Positions 12,590-24,370 are shown, counted from the first letter of the stretch. The stretch is 64,000 nt of DNA from Carcharhinus amblyrhynchos (GCA_965287045.1 OZ336883.1:20584001-20648000); one strand, 5' to 3'. Notes: a model not told the origin generated them from the sequence alone. Numbers and translations are program-made.

Positions 12590-13290
12590 ATTAATTGTTA
12601 GGAGATATAATCCATAAAAGACATTAGATAATTGCCACATCAAACTTTACTGTGGAAAATAAAAGCTCATGATGTCGGGGGTAACATATTGGCATGGGTT
12701 GAAGTTTGACTAGCTAACAGGAAATAGATAATTGGCATAAATGGGTCATTTCCTGGTTGTCAAGGTGTGACGAGCACTGTGCCATAGGGATCAGTGCTAG
12801 GGCCTCAACCTTTTCTGATAGCCTTGCGCTACTCAGGGATATGTTCGCCTACGTGCAGAACAGCCAGGTGGATATCTGCCTCATCAGCCTAGACCAGGAG
12901 AAGGCGTTTAACAGATTATCGCACATCTGGGGCAGTTTAGAACGGAGTTGAGGAGGAACTTCTTCACTCAAAGGGTGGTGAATCTCTGGAATTCTCTGCC
13001 CGTTGAAGTGGTGGAGGCTACCTCGCTAAATATTTTTAAGACGCAGGTTGATGGGTTTTTGATAAGAGAGGGGATTAAGGGTTATGGGGAGAGGGCGGGA
13101 ATGTGGAACTGAGCCACGACAGATCAGCCATGGTCTTATTGAATGGCGGGGCAGGCTCGAAGGGCTAGATGGCCTACTCCTGCTCCTATTTCTTATGTTC
13201 TTATGACTTGGATGAAGTGATTGAAGGTGTGGTCACTAAATTTGCTGATGACATGAAGGTAGGTAGGATAGTGAATTATGAAGAGGGCGT
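12590..13290 (+). mobile_element. Old CR1 RT fragment interrupted by a Tx1-like RT piece (12814-12926) and a young CR1 3' end (12929-13205)
   Basis: Old copy resumes as DLDEVIEGVVTKFADD; insert translates SDSLALLRD...ISLDQEKAFNRLSH; young 3' end nearly identical to 27046-27320. Confidence 0.75.
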
Positions 13291-13529
13291 GAAGAGGTCT
13301 GCTCCTGATCACTCTCCACTCTCCATGTTGCATATGCCTATTTGTGAACATCAACTGAAGAGAATATCAGCCTGGTCGCATTGCTTTCATGGACAAAAGA
13401 CCCAGTGCAATGTAACCTTCCTCCAGGGGGACTTAAACTTGATGAGAGGGGACAACTTGAATAAGCTACAGAGGCATGTAAATAATATTTCTTGGCAAAG
13501 GTGATGCCAAGCATCCCCCATGCTCCAGC

Positions 13530-13920
13530 AGTGGCAGCCATGATCTCAGCTGCTTAGGCACTAAGCTCTGGGATTCCCTCCTTAAATCCACCTCCCTTTC
13601 CGACTATAAGACATTCTTTCAAACCTATCTCTTTAACCATGCTCCCAAGGCTAATATTTCCTTATGTGGCTGTACGTCACAATTTGTTTGATAAGGTTCT
13701 TGCAAAGTATTTTTGGGCTGTTTTATGACACCAACAGTTCAGGTTGAATCCCCCATACCGGGTGCACTACTGCATGGTGGATTGCCCCATTGCCTTACCC
13801 TACATTTGCAGAGTGGTGCCTCTGAAATGGAGAGAGGTGGCTTTGGTCCTTTGTGGACTTTTGCTAATGACCTTATCTTACAATTCTGAAGGTGCTATAT
13901 CAATGCAAACTGTTATTGTT
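13530..13920 (+). mobile_element. L2-like 3' end fragment
   Basis: ctaagctctgggattccctcc...aaacctatctctttaacca and a ggtgctatat-type tail resemble L2 3' ends. Confidence 0.5.
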
Positions 13921-13924
13921 TAAA

Positions 13925-14195
13925 GTTTTAGAAGTTTGTTTATTAGTGTCACAAGTAGGCTTACATTAACACTGCAATGAAGTTACTGTGCAAATCTCCT
14001 AGTTGCCATATTCCGGGTACACTGAAGGCAAATTTAGCATGGCCAATGCATCTAACTAGCATGTCTTTCGGACTGTTTGAGGAAACCCATGAGAGAATGT
14101 GCAGACTCCACACAGATAGTGACCCAAGCTGGGAATTGAACCCAGGTTCCTGGTGCTGTGAGGCAACAGTGCTAACCACTGGGCCACTGTGCTGC
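13925..14195 (-). mobile_element. V-SINE with alternative 3' tail
   Basis: Tail GTAAGCCTACTTGTGACACTAATAAA. Confidence 0.85.
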
Positions 14196-15179
14196 CCTAT
14201 TGATAAACATGACCGCATGGGAGACTATCAACAACTGACCCCTGTTTTTGTCATTATCCGTTTCATTTGTGCAGGTAATTTTCAAATTACACAGCTGACC
14301 TGGATATATATATAGCTGCTATGTTCTAAAATTTAAAGAAAAACAGCATCAATATTTTGCCAACTTGTAAAGTCCAGCTCATGATTTCGTACACATAAAT
14401 CAGTATTCGACAACTCCTGCCCATTACCAGTTCTCCTGAACTAAATCTACTGCTATTATTATAAACTTCTCTTCTAGTCCACTATATTTTTGTATGGTTC
14501 TGTGGGTTAGCCAACACCATTGTCATATCCAACATGGAGTGACCAGCTATCGCATTAAGGGTACGTGGCAATAAGATGAAAACTTCAGTAAAGCTCCACA
14601 GGTAAACAAAACCGAACTAACGTCCTTGACAGCACCGAGTATTCACGCTTTTCTCTCACTATGGATATAGTTTAAACCCCCTTACTGTTTGATGGTAATG
14701 GCTACTATTTTTAGAAATGGCTTAACTCACTTAATGAATTGGTTATTATTTTTAGAATAATATACAGAGGGTAAAGTGACCTACTTTAGCTAGTCAAACC
14801 ATGTGTTTTTTTAAAAAATAATTGCTAGCTTCAATTGCAAATGAATGCATGATAAATTGTAATCGAATATTTCTACTTTTGTGTGTGGGGAAAAGTGTTT
14901 ATAATCTAAATAAAATTGCAATATTAATCCTTTAGATTAAAATATTTATTTACCCTGGCTACTTAACTTTTATCATTTTTGTTCAGTGTTTTGTACATGA
15001 TTATACCTGAGTCAATGATATTGGATTTCTTACTCTTACTCAGTCTTTTCACTATACTTCTATTCTAATTATTTTCCCAAACCTAATGGTACACTGAGTC
15101 AGATTTTTCATCTGTTTCCATAGCTAGTATTTCCTGGAACAGGTCACTGGGCTGTCATCAGAGGCTTATAGCTTGAGGA

Positions 15180-15385
15180 GCACCACTCCATATCAAGCAT
15201 GGCTGACCAGGAGTCTCTCTCATTCTTACTGCCAGCTATTGGTGCATTTGGAAGGATTTGCAGGTTGAACGCAACCTGTTTGTATTATGAATGCACCTTC
15301 TTTGGCCATCAAGTCCTGGGGTAGGATTCTAACCCAGAGCTTCTGCCTCAGGGGCAGAGGCCCTACTGATTGCACTACCACCCCT
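15180..15385 (-). mobile_element. tRNA-headed SINE of a second family; other copy at 55665-55925 (+)
   Basis: Shared blocks CTTGATGGCCA, TGCAAATCCTTCCAAA and CTCCTGGTCAGCCATG. Confidence 0.6.
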
Positions 15386-16224
15386 CCTACCTCTTTATGC
15401 ATTATTGCTTATAAGTACGCCCAGTCACTTATTATAGTATTTATGGAATTCACAATGTTAATTCTTGCCACACCACATTATGTTTGTAATGATCTAAGAT
15501 GCCTGCACGTGGCATCTTAATAGGATTTTGCATTTATTGTACTTGAACCCTGCTCACACTAGTAGTCGTAAAAACACATGATTCTGCAAACCCTATTGAA
15601 ATGCTTGGGTTGACTCTACTTGCTAAGTGTTCAGTCCATTGGTTGCCACATGGAAGCCTCCTACTCTCAAGTCCAATTGGTGTCCATGTTGCTAGCTTGT
15701 GCAATTAAGTCATTGCCTGTATTTAGAATTGACAATTATCTGCTGGTGGTTTTATGCTCTATCTCCTCCCCAACCTGTAACCCTATTTTACCTTCCCCAT
15801 TGCTTGTAACTTCATCCTCTGGCCTTCAATGCTTTAATATTTCCTTGTCCTTCTTACACTTGTCACTGACCATCTAATCCTACTTTTCCTAAAGGATGAA
15901 TTTAATCTTGACCTGTGCCACCTCAAGGCCATTCAATACCATGGAATGTTTGCTGGTAAAAGCAAATTACTTAGGATACTCATTTCCTAATAGATTAAAC
16001 CCTCCCCAATGGCACAAGCAAACTTGGCATGGGTATGGAAACCTTGAGATAATACCAGAGAGGAATAACAAGGCACACAGACTAATTGAAAAGATAGATA
16101 GTATCAAAATGTAACACATTCTGCACTCTCTCCTTTCCTTCTTGCCTATGTACTCTATGTACAGTATGCTTTCACTGTATACTAATACCTGTCACAATAC
16201 TGAATCAAATCAAAATAAAGAACA

Positions 16225-16520
16225 AGTTAATATAACATAGAACATTACAGCGCAGTACAGGCCCTTCGGCCCTCGATGTTGCGCCAACCAGTGGAACCAA
16301 TCTAATGACCCTCTAACCTAAACTATTCCAATATTATCCATATGTCTATCCACTGACCATTTGAATGCCCTTAAAGTTGACGAGTCCACAACTGCATCAG
16401 GCAGGGCATTCCGTACCCTTACTACCCTCTGAGTAAAGAACCTACCTCTGACATCCGTCCTATAATTATCACCCCTCAATTTAAAGCTATGTCCCCTCGT
16501 GTTAGCCATCACCATCCAGG
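16225..16520 (-). mobile_element. CR1 3' end
   Basis: TRGHSFKLRG...RFFTQRVVR followed by a CR1 tail. Confidence 0.85.
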
Positions 16521-16559
16521 GAAATAGGTGGGATCAGAGTAAGGGAGAAAAATAATAAA

Positions 16560-19500
16560 GTCTAAATCAGGGCTATGATGCATGTACGCCAAATGCACAG
16601 AGGGTGGTAAATTGGATTGGTGAGCTACAAGGACAGATAGCCATTTGTGACTATAACAAGGGCCTGGCTCAAAGGGCAGGCATTAAATTCCCTGGATACA
16701 AAGTGTTCAGAAAAAATAGGCAAAAAAGTTGGCGGAATGGTGGTATTGATTAGGAAGAACATTTCAGTGCTGAGTAAGAGAATGTTTGGAAGGGTGAAAG
16801 GTCTGAATTAATTTGACTGCAGCTAAGGAACACAAAAGGTGCAATAACATTACCTGGTGTAACCCACAGGCCACTTATATAATTTGGAAGCACGCAGAAG
16901 AACACATTTACAAGGAAATTACGGGGAGGTGCAACATTTTTACAGTATCTATAATTGGGCACATAAGTTATTTGGATATAGACTGGGATAGTAGAAGTGT
17001 AAAGGACAGGAAGAGGCAAGAGTTCCCATAATGTATTCAGGAAAATTTTCGACGGCAGAATTTTTCCAGTCCAATCAGAAAGGAAGCACTGCCAGACCTG
17101 GTTCTTAGGAATGAGGTGAATCAAGCATCAATGGGGGAACATTTAGGAGACAGTGATCATTAGGTTTAGGATCACTCTGGAAAAAGGCAAAGAACAATCA
17201 AGAGAGAATGCTATTAACTGGGGAAAGTTAACCTCAAAGAGGTAAGCATAGATTTGGGCTGAATAAACTGGAGTCAAAGTGAACAGGAAACACAAGAGCC
17301 GAACAATGGGCTAACTTCATAAAACAGATGGTTCAGGCACAATCAATGTATATTCCCTCAAAAGGGAGAGATAAGACAAACAAAACTAGAGTTCCCTGGA
17401 TGACAAGAATAAAAAAAAGGGTAGGAATTAAGATAATGAAAAGGTGCAGTTATGACAGGTGTCAAGTGGCAAATATAATCGAAAATCAAGATGAATATAG
17501 AAGATTCAAAGGGGAAGTGAAAAAGCAAATAAGCAAAACAAAGAGGGAGATTGGATAGAGACAGACAGCAAACATAACGGTATATAAATAGTAAAAACAG
17601 TAATATAAGCAGTGGGGCCAATTAGGGATCAAAAAGATATTTGTGCATGGAGGTTCAGGACATAAGCTGAGTATTAAATGAATATTCACTTATTTATGTC
17701 ATAAGTAGGCTTACATTAACACTGCAATGAAGCAACTGTGAAAATCCTCTAGTTGCCACACACCGGTTCGGATACACTTAGTGTGAATTTAGCATGGCCA
17801 GTGCACCTAACCAGCATGTCTTTTGGACTGTGGGAGAAAACTGGAGCACCCGGAGGAAACACATGCCGACACGAAGAGAACATGCAGACTCTGCACAGAC
17901 AGTGATCCAAGCCAGGAATTGAACCCAGGTCCCTGGTGCTATGAGTCAGCAGTGCTAACCACTGTGCTACGTAACTACCTTTACCAAGGAAGAAGATGCT
18001 CCCCTAGTCGTGATGAAAGAAGGGATAATTCAGATGTGAGAAGGGTTTAAAATTAATAAGTAGGAGGTATTGGATGGGCTGTCCATACTTCAAGTTGATA
18101 AAGCACCAGCTTTGGATGAGATGTATTTGAGGATATGGAGGGAAATGAACACGGAAATTGCAGATGCACTGACTGTAATTTTTCAGTCTTCCGCAGACTC
18201 AGGAGTGATGCCAGAGGACTGAAGAATTACAAACATTAGACAATTATTCAGAAACATGGTGTAATGATAAGCCTAGCAGCCACAGACTAGTTAGTTTAAC
18301 TTCAGTGGTGGGGAAACTTCTAGACAAAATAATCTGGGGCAAAGTTAATAGCCACATGGACAAATGCAGGTTAATTAAGGAAATCCAATATGGACTCCTT
18401 AAGGATAAATCATGTTTAAATAACTTGCTGGAAATTTTGGAAGAGGAGTGTCAATAAGGATAACGCGGTTGATGTGGTTACATGAACTTCCAAAAGGCAT
18501 TTGATACAGTGCCACATAACAGACTTGCGAGAAAAAAATTTAACTGGTGGAATAGGGACAGTAGTAATTTGGACATGGAATTGGCTGAATGGCAGGAAAT
18601 GGATGAATGGTTAGTGGATGTTTTTCAAGCTGGATGAAGGTTTGTTGTGGACCAAGGATCAGTGTTGGGATCCTTGCTTTTCCCATTGTATATTAATGAC
18701 CTAGATCTTGGTATACAGGACACCATTTCAAAGTTTGTGGATAATATGAAACTTGGAAGCATTGTGAACTGTGAGAAGGATAGTGTAGAGCTTCAAAAGG
18801 ACGTAGACAAGTTGGTGGAATGTGCAGACAAATGGCAATCACTGGCAGCGAATATAAAAGGGGAATCCCATGTGGTAAGAGGAGGAGTAAGGCTGACAAG
18901 GGTCCAAAAAGAGGATTTATACATGGAGGCAGTGACTATAACTGAGGTATTAAATTAACACTTTGCATTGTCATTACCAAGGGAAAAGATGGAATAAGTG
19001 GAAGTTCAATGTGGAAAAACATAAATAATTCCATTTTGGAAGGAAAAATAGAGACAAGTAAAGGGTACAATTTTAAAGGGTGTAAGAGCAGAGGAACATC
19101 CATGGTGTGTCATTGAAGGCAGGACAAGTTGAGAAAATAGTTAAAGCATACAGTATCCAAAGCTTTATTAATAATGTTATCGAGAATAAGACCAAGGAGG
19201 TCATGTTGAACTTGTATAAGATTGTACTTTGGCCTCAGTTTGAGTATTGCATCCAGCTCTGGGTGCCATACTTTAGAAAGGATGTGAAGGTATTGGAGAG
19301 AGTGCAGAAAATGTTCAAGAGAATGGTTCTAGGAATGAGAAACTTCAGTTATGAAAATAGATTGGAGTAGTTAGGGCTATTTTCCTTGGAGAGGAGAAGC
19401 CTGAGAAAGATTTGATGTATTCAAAATCATGAGGTGTCTGGGCAGATAGGGAGAAATTGTTCTCACTTTGAAAGGATCAAGAATGAAAGGGCAGAGATTT

Positions 19501-19760
19501 AAACGTATTTGGCAAAAGAAGCAAAAAGCGACATGAGTTTTCACCCTGCATGTGGTTAAGGGTTAGAGTGCACTGCCTGAGAGTGGAAGCAGGTTCAATT
19601 GAAACATTCAAAAGGGAATTAGAATATTATCTGAAAAGGAAGAATGTGCATTGCTGCAGTAAGAAGTTGGGAGAATGATACTAAGCAAATGGTTCATTTG
19701 GAGAGCTGGTGTAGACATGATGGGCTAAATGGCCTCTTCCTGCACTGTGACAATTCTACA
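16560..19760 (+). mobile_element. Near full-length degraded CR1 ORF2 (endonuclease and RT) with V-SINE insertion at 17688-17972
   Basis: DLVLRNE, SDH, FQKAFDTVPH, QGSVLG..YINDLD..ISKFVD, LYK..EYCIQLW motifs in order, with many stops and frameshifts. Confidence 0.88.
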
Positions 19761-20202
19761 ACACTACTCTCATAATAAAATACCATTCAGCATCTAGGGG
19801 ATACAATGGAAGAGCAGACTGATCACCCATCAGAAACCCACATGATTTCCATTTCCATTGATATCTAAAATACACATCCCATATCTGCTGGCTGGGCAAT
19901 GCCACATGAACCCTGCTAATAATGACCTAGCTTGATAAACGTGTTTTGCTTTTGTTCTGAGTCTGTCATACTCCAAAGCATCATAATGAAAGACAGCCAT
20001 TGCCTTGATGAACTGGTTTCTCCCCATGGGCAGAAATTCAGGACTTACAATAGTTGTGAGTCTACAGAAGGGCCCCTCACCACCCCAACCCCAAAGGGAA
20101 GCAATGGCTTATAGAAACTAAGAGATAACACGTCCTTAGCAACTCGTAGCTATGATTCAGATCACCACCTTTGGACTTTATGTATCCTGTATGTGGAATG
20201 GA

Positions 20203-20410
20203 GTCATAGAGGTTTACTGCATGGAAACAGGCTCTTTGACCCAACGTGTCCATGCTGCCCTTTTTTTTTAAACCACTAAGCACATCCCAATTGCCCACCT
20301 TTTGTCCATATCCTTCGATGCCATCTTCCCATGTAACTGTCTAAATGCTTTTTGAATGACAAAATTGTACCTGCCTCTACTACTATCTCTGGCAGCTTGT
20401 TCCAGACAGT
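20203..20410 (-). mobile_element. CR1 3' end fragment
   Basis: Same subfamily as 43305-43885 and 35770-35935. Confidence 0.75.
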
Positions 20411-20452
20411 CCAAAGTAAATCAAGTTAAAATAAATTTAAAATGACACAAAC

Positions 20453-21393
20453 CTCATTTTTCCTGTTGGCACTTCCCTCCTCTTCTTTCTCTTTTTTATC
20501 TTCAATTTCGAGCCTTTTCCGCACCGGATATGACAGAATGGGTTTCTTCTTCCTAATATCTTCCTCAGAGTGAGATCTTCTGTTCTCCTGTGAGTATTGG
20601 AAATGACTCAATTTGTTGTGTGGTTTGGGGTTTCCAGGTGTGCTCTCTAGCACACCTCTGTCTTCATCACTCATTTCTCCACGTTTTTTTGAGTTCCGCT
20701 CTGGGGCCTCACTCACCTTCTTCCATTTTCTTCTCTCTTCTTCAGATAACCCATCCTTTTCAGCACTGATATTTGAGTATTCATCCTCTTCCAAATCTTC
20801 GTCCTCTGAATTCTGGTGGCTCATGTTGTTTTCACTGGCCCTGATTTCTTCATCTGAGACCATCCCTTCCCGTTCCAGCTCTAAAAGCTCCTTGTCCTCA
20901 CTTTGGTTTCTGTCCACTTCTCTGGTCTCTCCAACTTCTTCTGAACGTTCGTCATCATTTGCTAGCTCTTCATTCTTATTGTCATTGTAATCGCTGCGGT
21001 CTTCTTCATCATTGTCTTCCTCACTCTCTTTGCTTTGACCTTCATCCACGTCCTCTTCCTGAGTGTATTCGCCTTCACTTTGCTCACTTTCTTCTGGACT
21101 TCGCTCCTCGTTTTGACTCTGATCCTGGGACTGCTCCACAACAGACTCCTCTTCAGAGGAACCATTTGTCATCGACTCATCTCTTACTGCATCTTCCTTT
21201 TCCACTGCCACATCTCCACTGTCAGTTGCATCACTGTTTGAATCAGTAGTTTTATCCTTCATGGTTAGGAAGCTGTATCCGCTTACATTTGGCTGTGTCC
21301 CCTCTACGCTGTCCTGCTGCTCTTTATCCTTTATTTCCAATATCTCAGCAGATGATCCTTGCTGTTCCTCTGCATGGACCTCGTGTGATTTAT
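20453..21393 (-). CDS. CHGA: Chromogranin A coding exon 6, large acidic exon ending EEEGSANRKNE
   Basis: 941 nt open frame (covers most of ORF 20426..21340), ctgcag acceptor, GAG|gtttgt donor; Glu-rich with dibasic sites; EEEGSANR is the CgA motif. Confidence 0.93.
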
Positions 21394-21853
21394 CTGCAGA
21401 GCAATCAATACAGCGAGTGAACTTTGAAGAATTAATTTTGATTAACTGCTGTCATAATAACACTCAGGTACAAACATTTTTTGTTCAAACACTGATTTCT
21501 AAAGAGAACAAAGACAGCTGCATGATCACTTAATGAGTATCATTATGTTAAATTAATACTACTTCCATTTTTTTGAACGATGGCACAGAGAACAATCTAT
21601 ACATAGCAACTGTACAAATTGGAAAATTGCTGATACCATCTTTATGCAATGTAATCTATTTTAATCAGTTTCTGCTGTCGTCAGTGTCCTGATAGCTGTA
21701 AACTAAAATTGCTGTAACGTGCAACTAGATTCTGGCAACACGCCACAAATTTTAACAGCCAATGTTACATTATTTCCAAACAGCTAAATGGTCTGCTTTT
21801 GGATTACATCAGATCTCTACATCGAGGATTAGATGGGTTACCTCTACACTAAC

Positions 21854-21955
21854 CTGCTGATGTTTTCTTTTTGTCATTGTGACTCCTGAGAGCAACAGCT
21901 AAATTGTCTTTGAAATCAATACTCTGCTTTTCCTGTAGCTTTTTCTCATTGGCCC
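21854..21955 (-). CDS. CHGA: Chromogranin A coding exon 5 (GANEKKLQEKQSIDFKDNLAVALRSHNDKKKTSA)
   Basis: 102 nt, phase 1-1, gtgcag/gttagt; aligns to GAKERAHQQKKHSGFEDEL (F, D, L positions kept). Confidence 0.88.
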
Positions 21956-22079
21956 CTGCACCAAAATTGTAAAGAAAATGCATTATTGGAACAAAGTAAT
22001 GAACCTTAAGATCTTATCCTGATCTTTGGATTATTTTGGAGAGGGGGGGGAGCGGGTGTGCTTGAGTGTATCAGTATTA

Positions 22080-23113
22080 TGTCCGATATTAAGTGCACAC
22101 ACTCCTTAGCCCAAAGGCAAAAAGCTTAAAGACATCCTCTTTGACACGACCTCATTTACTGTGCCCTTGATTTTATCAGATAGTTTGTGTTCACCTTGCA
22201 GATGGCATTACTCGTACCTTATTATGTCTTCAGTTAATTTAGGGTATCACAGTAACTGAAGAAGGTCCTGAAGAACTATCAGGTTTCAATAATGTTAATG
22301 GAGATGTCTTCATTAGGTACAATCTTTCTTATTATTAGATTGACATCTGTGTGGTTAATTGTACTTACGGTGCTGGGAAATATGAATGACTGAATTGATA
22401 TGGCAAAAAGTGGCTCAGCGTCTCAAACATTGCTGACTGTTTTGAAATATTGATCTACGTTGTTGAAATTAATCTTCTGAGCCTGCACCTCGATGGTTAG
22501 AATGGGCCTGGTTGGAGTTTCAGCTGTGATAGCTGTGCAACTATGGGATGGTACGGTGACACAGGGACCCAAGTTTAATTCCAACTTTGGGTGGCTGTCT
22601 GTGTGGAATTTGCATGTTCTCCCTGTGTCTGTGTGGGTTTCCTCTGGATGCCCAGGGTTCCTCCCACACTCCAATGATGTGCAGGTTAGTCGGACTGGCA
22701 AGACTAAATTGTCCCTTCATGTACAAAAATGTCTAAGTTAGATGGATTAGTCACAGTGAATGTGCAAGATTATGGGAATAGGGTGGGGGGGGTGGTGGGG
22801 GGGGGGGGGCGGGGGGGGCATTGTGTGTGGTTGTGGGGGGGGGGTGTTGTTGAGGGGGGTTATGGGGGGGATGTGGCGGGGTTGGTGGCAGGGGGTTGTT
22901 GGGGAGGGGGTGTTGTTGGGGCGGGGGGAGGGCCTAGATAAGACACTCTGTCCGAGAGTCAGTGTAGACTTGATGGGCCGAATGCTTTCCTTCTGCACTG
23001 TATGGATTCTATGATTCACTATTTTAGCTGCTATGACCCCAGTAACTCTGCCAAAATGCATCTCAGCTTTTTGCCTTTGGGCTAAGGAGAACGTGTGCAC
23101 TTAATATTGGGCA
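22080..23113. repeat. Inverted repeat pair (22080-22126 and 23065-23113) in CHGA intron 4
   Basis: ATATTAAGTGCACAC..CTCCTTAGCCCAAAGGCAAAAAGCT and its reverse complement. Confidence 0.85.
22548..23016 (+). mobile_element. V-SINE with internal G-rich expansion (about 22780-22930)
   Basis: V core and CR1-type tail flank G-runs. Confidence 0.8.
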
Positions 23114-23314
23114 GACAGATTTTCAGATTCCTCAGTGGCTTGATGGGGGATTTCTAACTATACTGATGAGTTCTCCCCAAAACAAACTTCTTCAACATTA
23201 GTCTCTAACCCAGTATGGCAGTTTCTCCAGAGCTTTAGTGAAACCTGATTTCATTGGGGTCCAATACACATCTAGGTCAAGTTTGATTGAAACCGAGTAA
23301 TTTTTCCACAATAC

Positions 23315-23630
23315 ATAAAATCCCTACCATACAGAAGGAGGCCATTTGGCCCATTGAGTTTGTACCAACCACATTCCCACTCAGGCCCTATTTCCGTCTC
23401 CCTCATTTACTCTGCTAGTCCCCCTGACAGTAGAATCAATTTAGCATGGCCAATCCACCTAACCCACACATCTTTGGATTGTGAGAGGAAACTGGAGTGC
23501 CCAGAAGAAACCCAGGCAGACACAGGGTGAATGTGCAAACCCCTGCACAGACAGTGACCTGAGGCCAGAATTGAACCCGGGTCCCTGGCGCTGTAAGGCA
23601 GAAGTGCTAACCACTGTGCTAGCGTGCCAC
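23315..23630 (-). mobile_element. HE1-type V-SINE
   Basis: Head, core and tail. Confidence 0.85.
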
Positions 23631-23895
23631 TCTGTGTGCAGAAAGAGATGATAGCAGTCACTTCAACTTGTAATAAGAGGTTTTAACTATATGAAGGTAA
23701 CATTCTTTACAGGGATCTGACTGTTGCAAAACTTGTTTTTTTTCCAATTAGCGTGGGGGCAGAAAATATGCAGAGTTTATGGAGAAAGTGGGTCCTGTAC
23801 TTCCTGTATACAAGCAGCAAGTATGACATTATCTCAGACCCTCACTTAAGCACTACAAGTCTCCAGCCTTACAGTTACACAAACTGGGACAATAC

Positions 23896-23964
23896 CTTCA
23901 GCGGCAATCTCTTGCAATTCTCGTAGAAGATTCTGATGTCGAAGGATAGAGATGATTCTCTCAT
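23896..23964 (-). CDS. CHGA: Chromogranin A coding exon 4 (DERIISILRHQNLLRELQEIAAE)
   Basis: 69 nt, gtgcag/gtattg; matches the chromofungin region DERILSILRHQNLLKELQDLAL. Confidence 0.97.
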
Positions 23965-24276
23965 CTGCACAGAATAGGAAAGCTAATCAGTATTAAAATC
24001 CAGGACTGTGACCGCTTGTTTGCGGGTTCATGGCACAATGGCCTATAGATTTCAATCAGTTAAACTGTAGTTATATATATGTATATATATTTTAAAAATC
24101 TTACACGAAGATTAAACATGTTCTAACCTCATAATGATTAATTAATTCACACAGTGGGGATACAACAGTTTGCTTCTTTCCCCAAAAGGAAAACATTTTG
24201 GAAAGTGATATTCACGCTGGAAATAAAGTGGATTTCGCAATTAACTAAAGGAGGAGAGAGAATGAAATCAGCCTAC

Positions 24277-24370
24277 CTCCCCTGAGGACATCGAAGCATT
24301 GCTGGCTGATTGGTAAAGGGCTGGGTTTGGACAGGCTGTCGGAGATGACCTCCACCACACATTTCATCAC
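24277..24370 (-). CDS. CHGA: Chromogranin A coding exon 3 (VMKCVVEVISDSLSKPSPLPISQQCFDVLRG)
   Basis: 94 nt, ctttcag/gtaggc; close match to mammalian CgA VMKCIVEVISDTLSKPSPMPVSQECFETLRG with both cysteines. Confidence 0.97.

Noticed and set aside
20613-21533. Plus-strand Ser/Leu-rich ORFs
   Set aside because: Antisense shadows of the Glu-rich CHGA exon
23896-24370. Chromogranin B (CHGB) as the gene identity
   Set aside because: VMKC.VEVISD.LSKPSP, RGDER, LRHQNLL and EEEGSANR are CHGA-type, and the exon pattern fits CHGA
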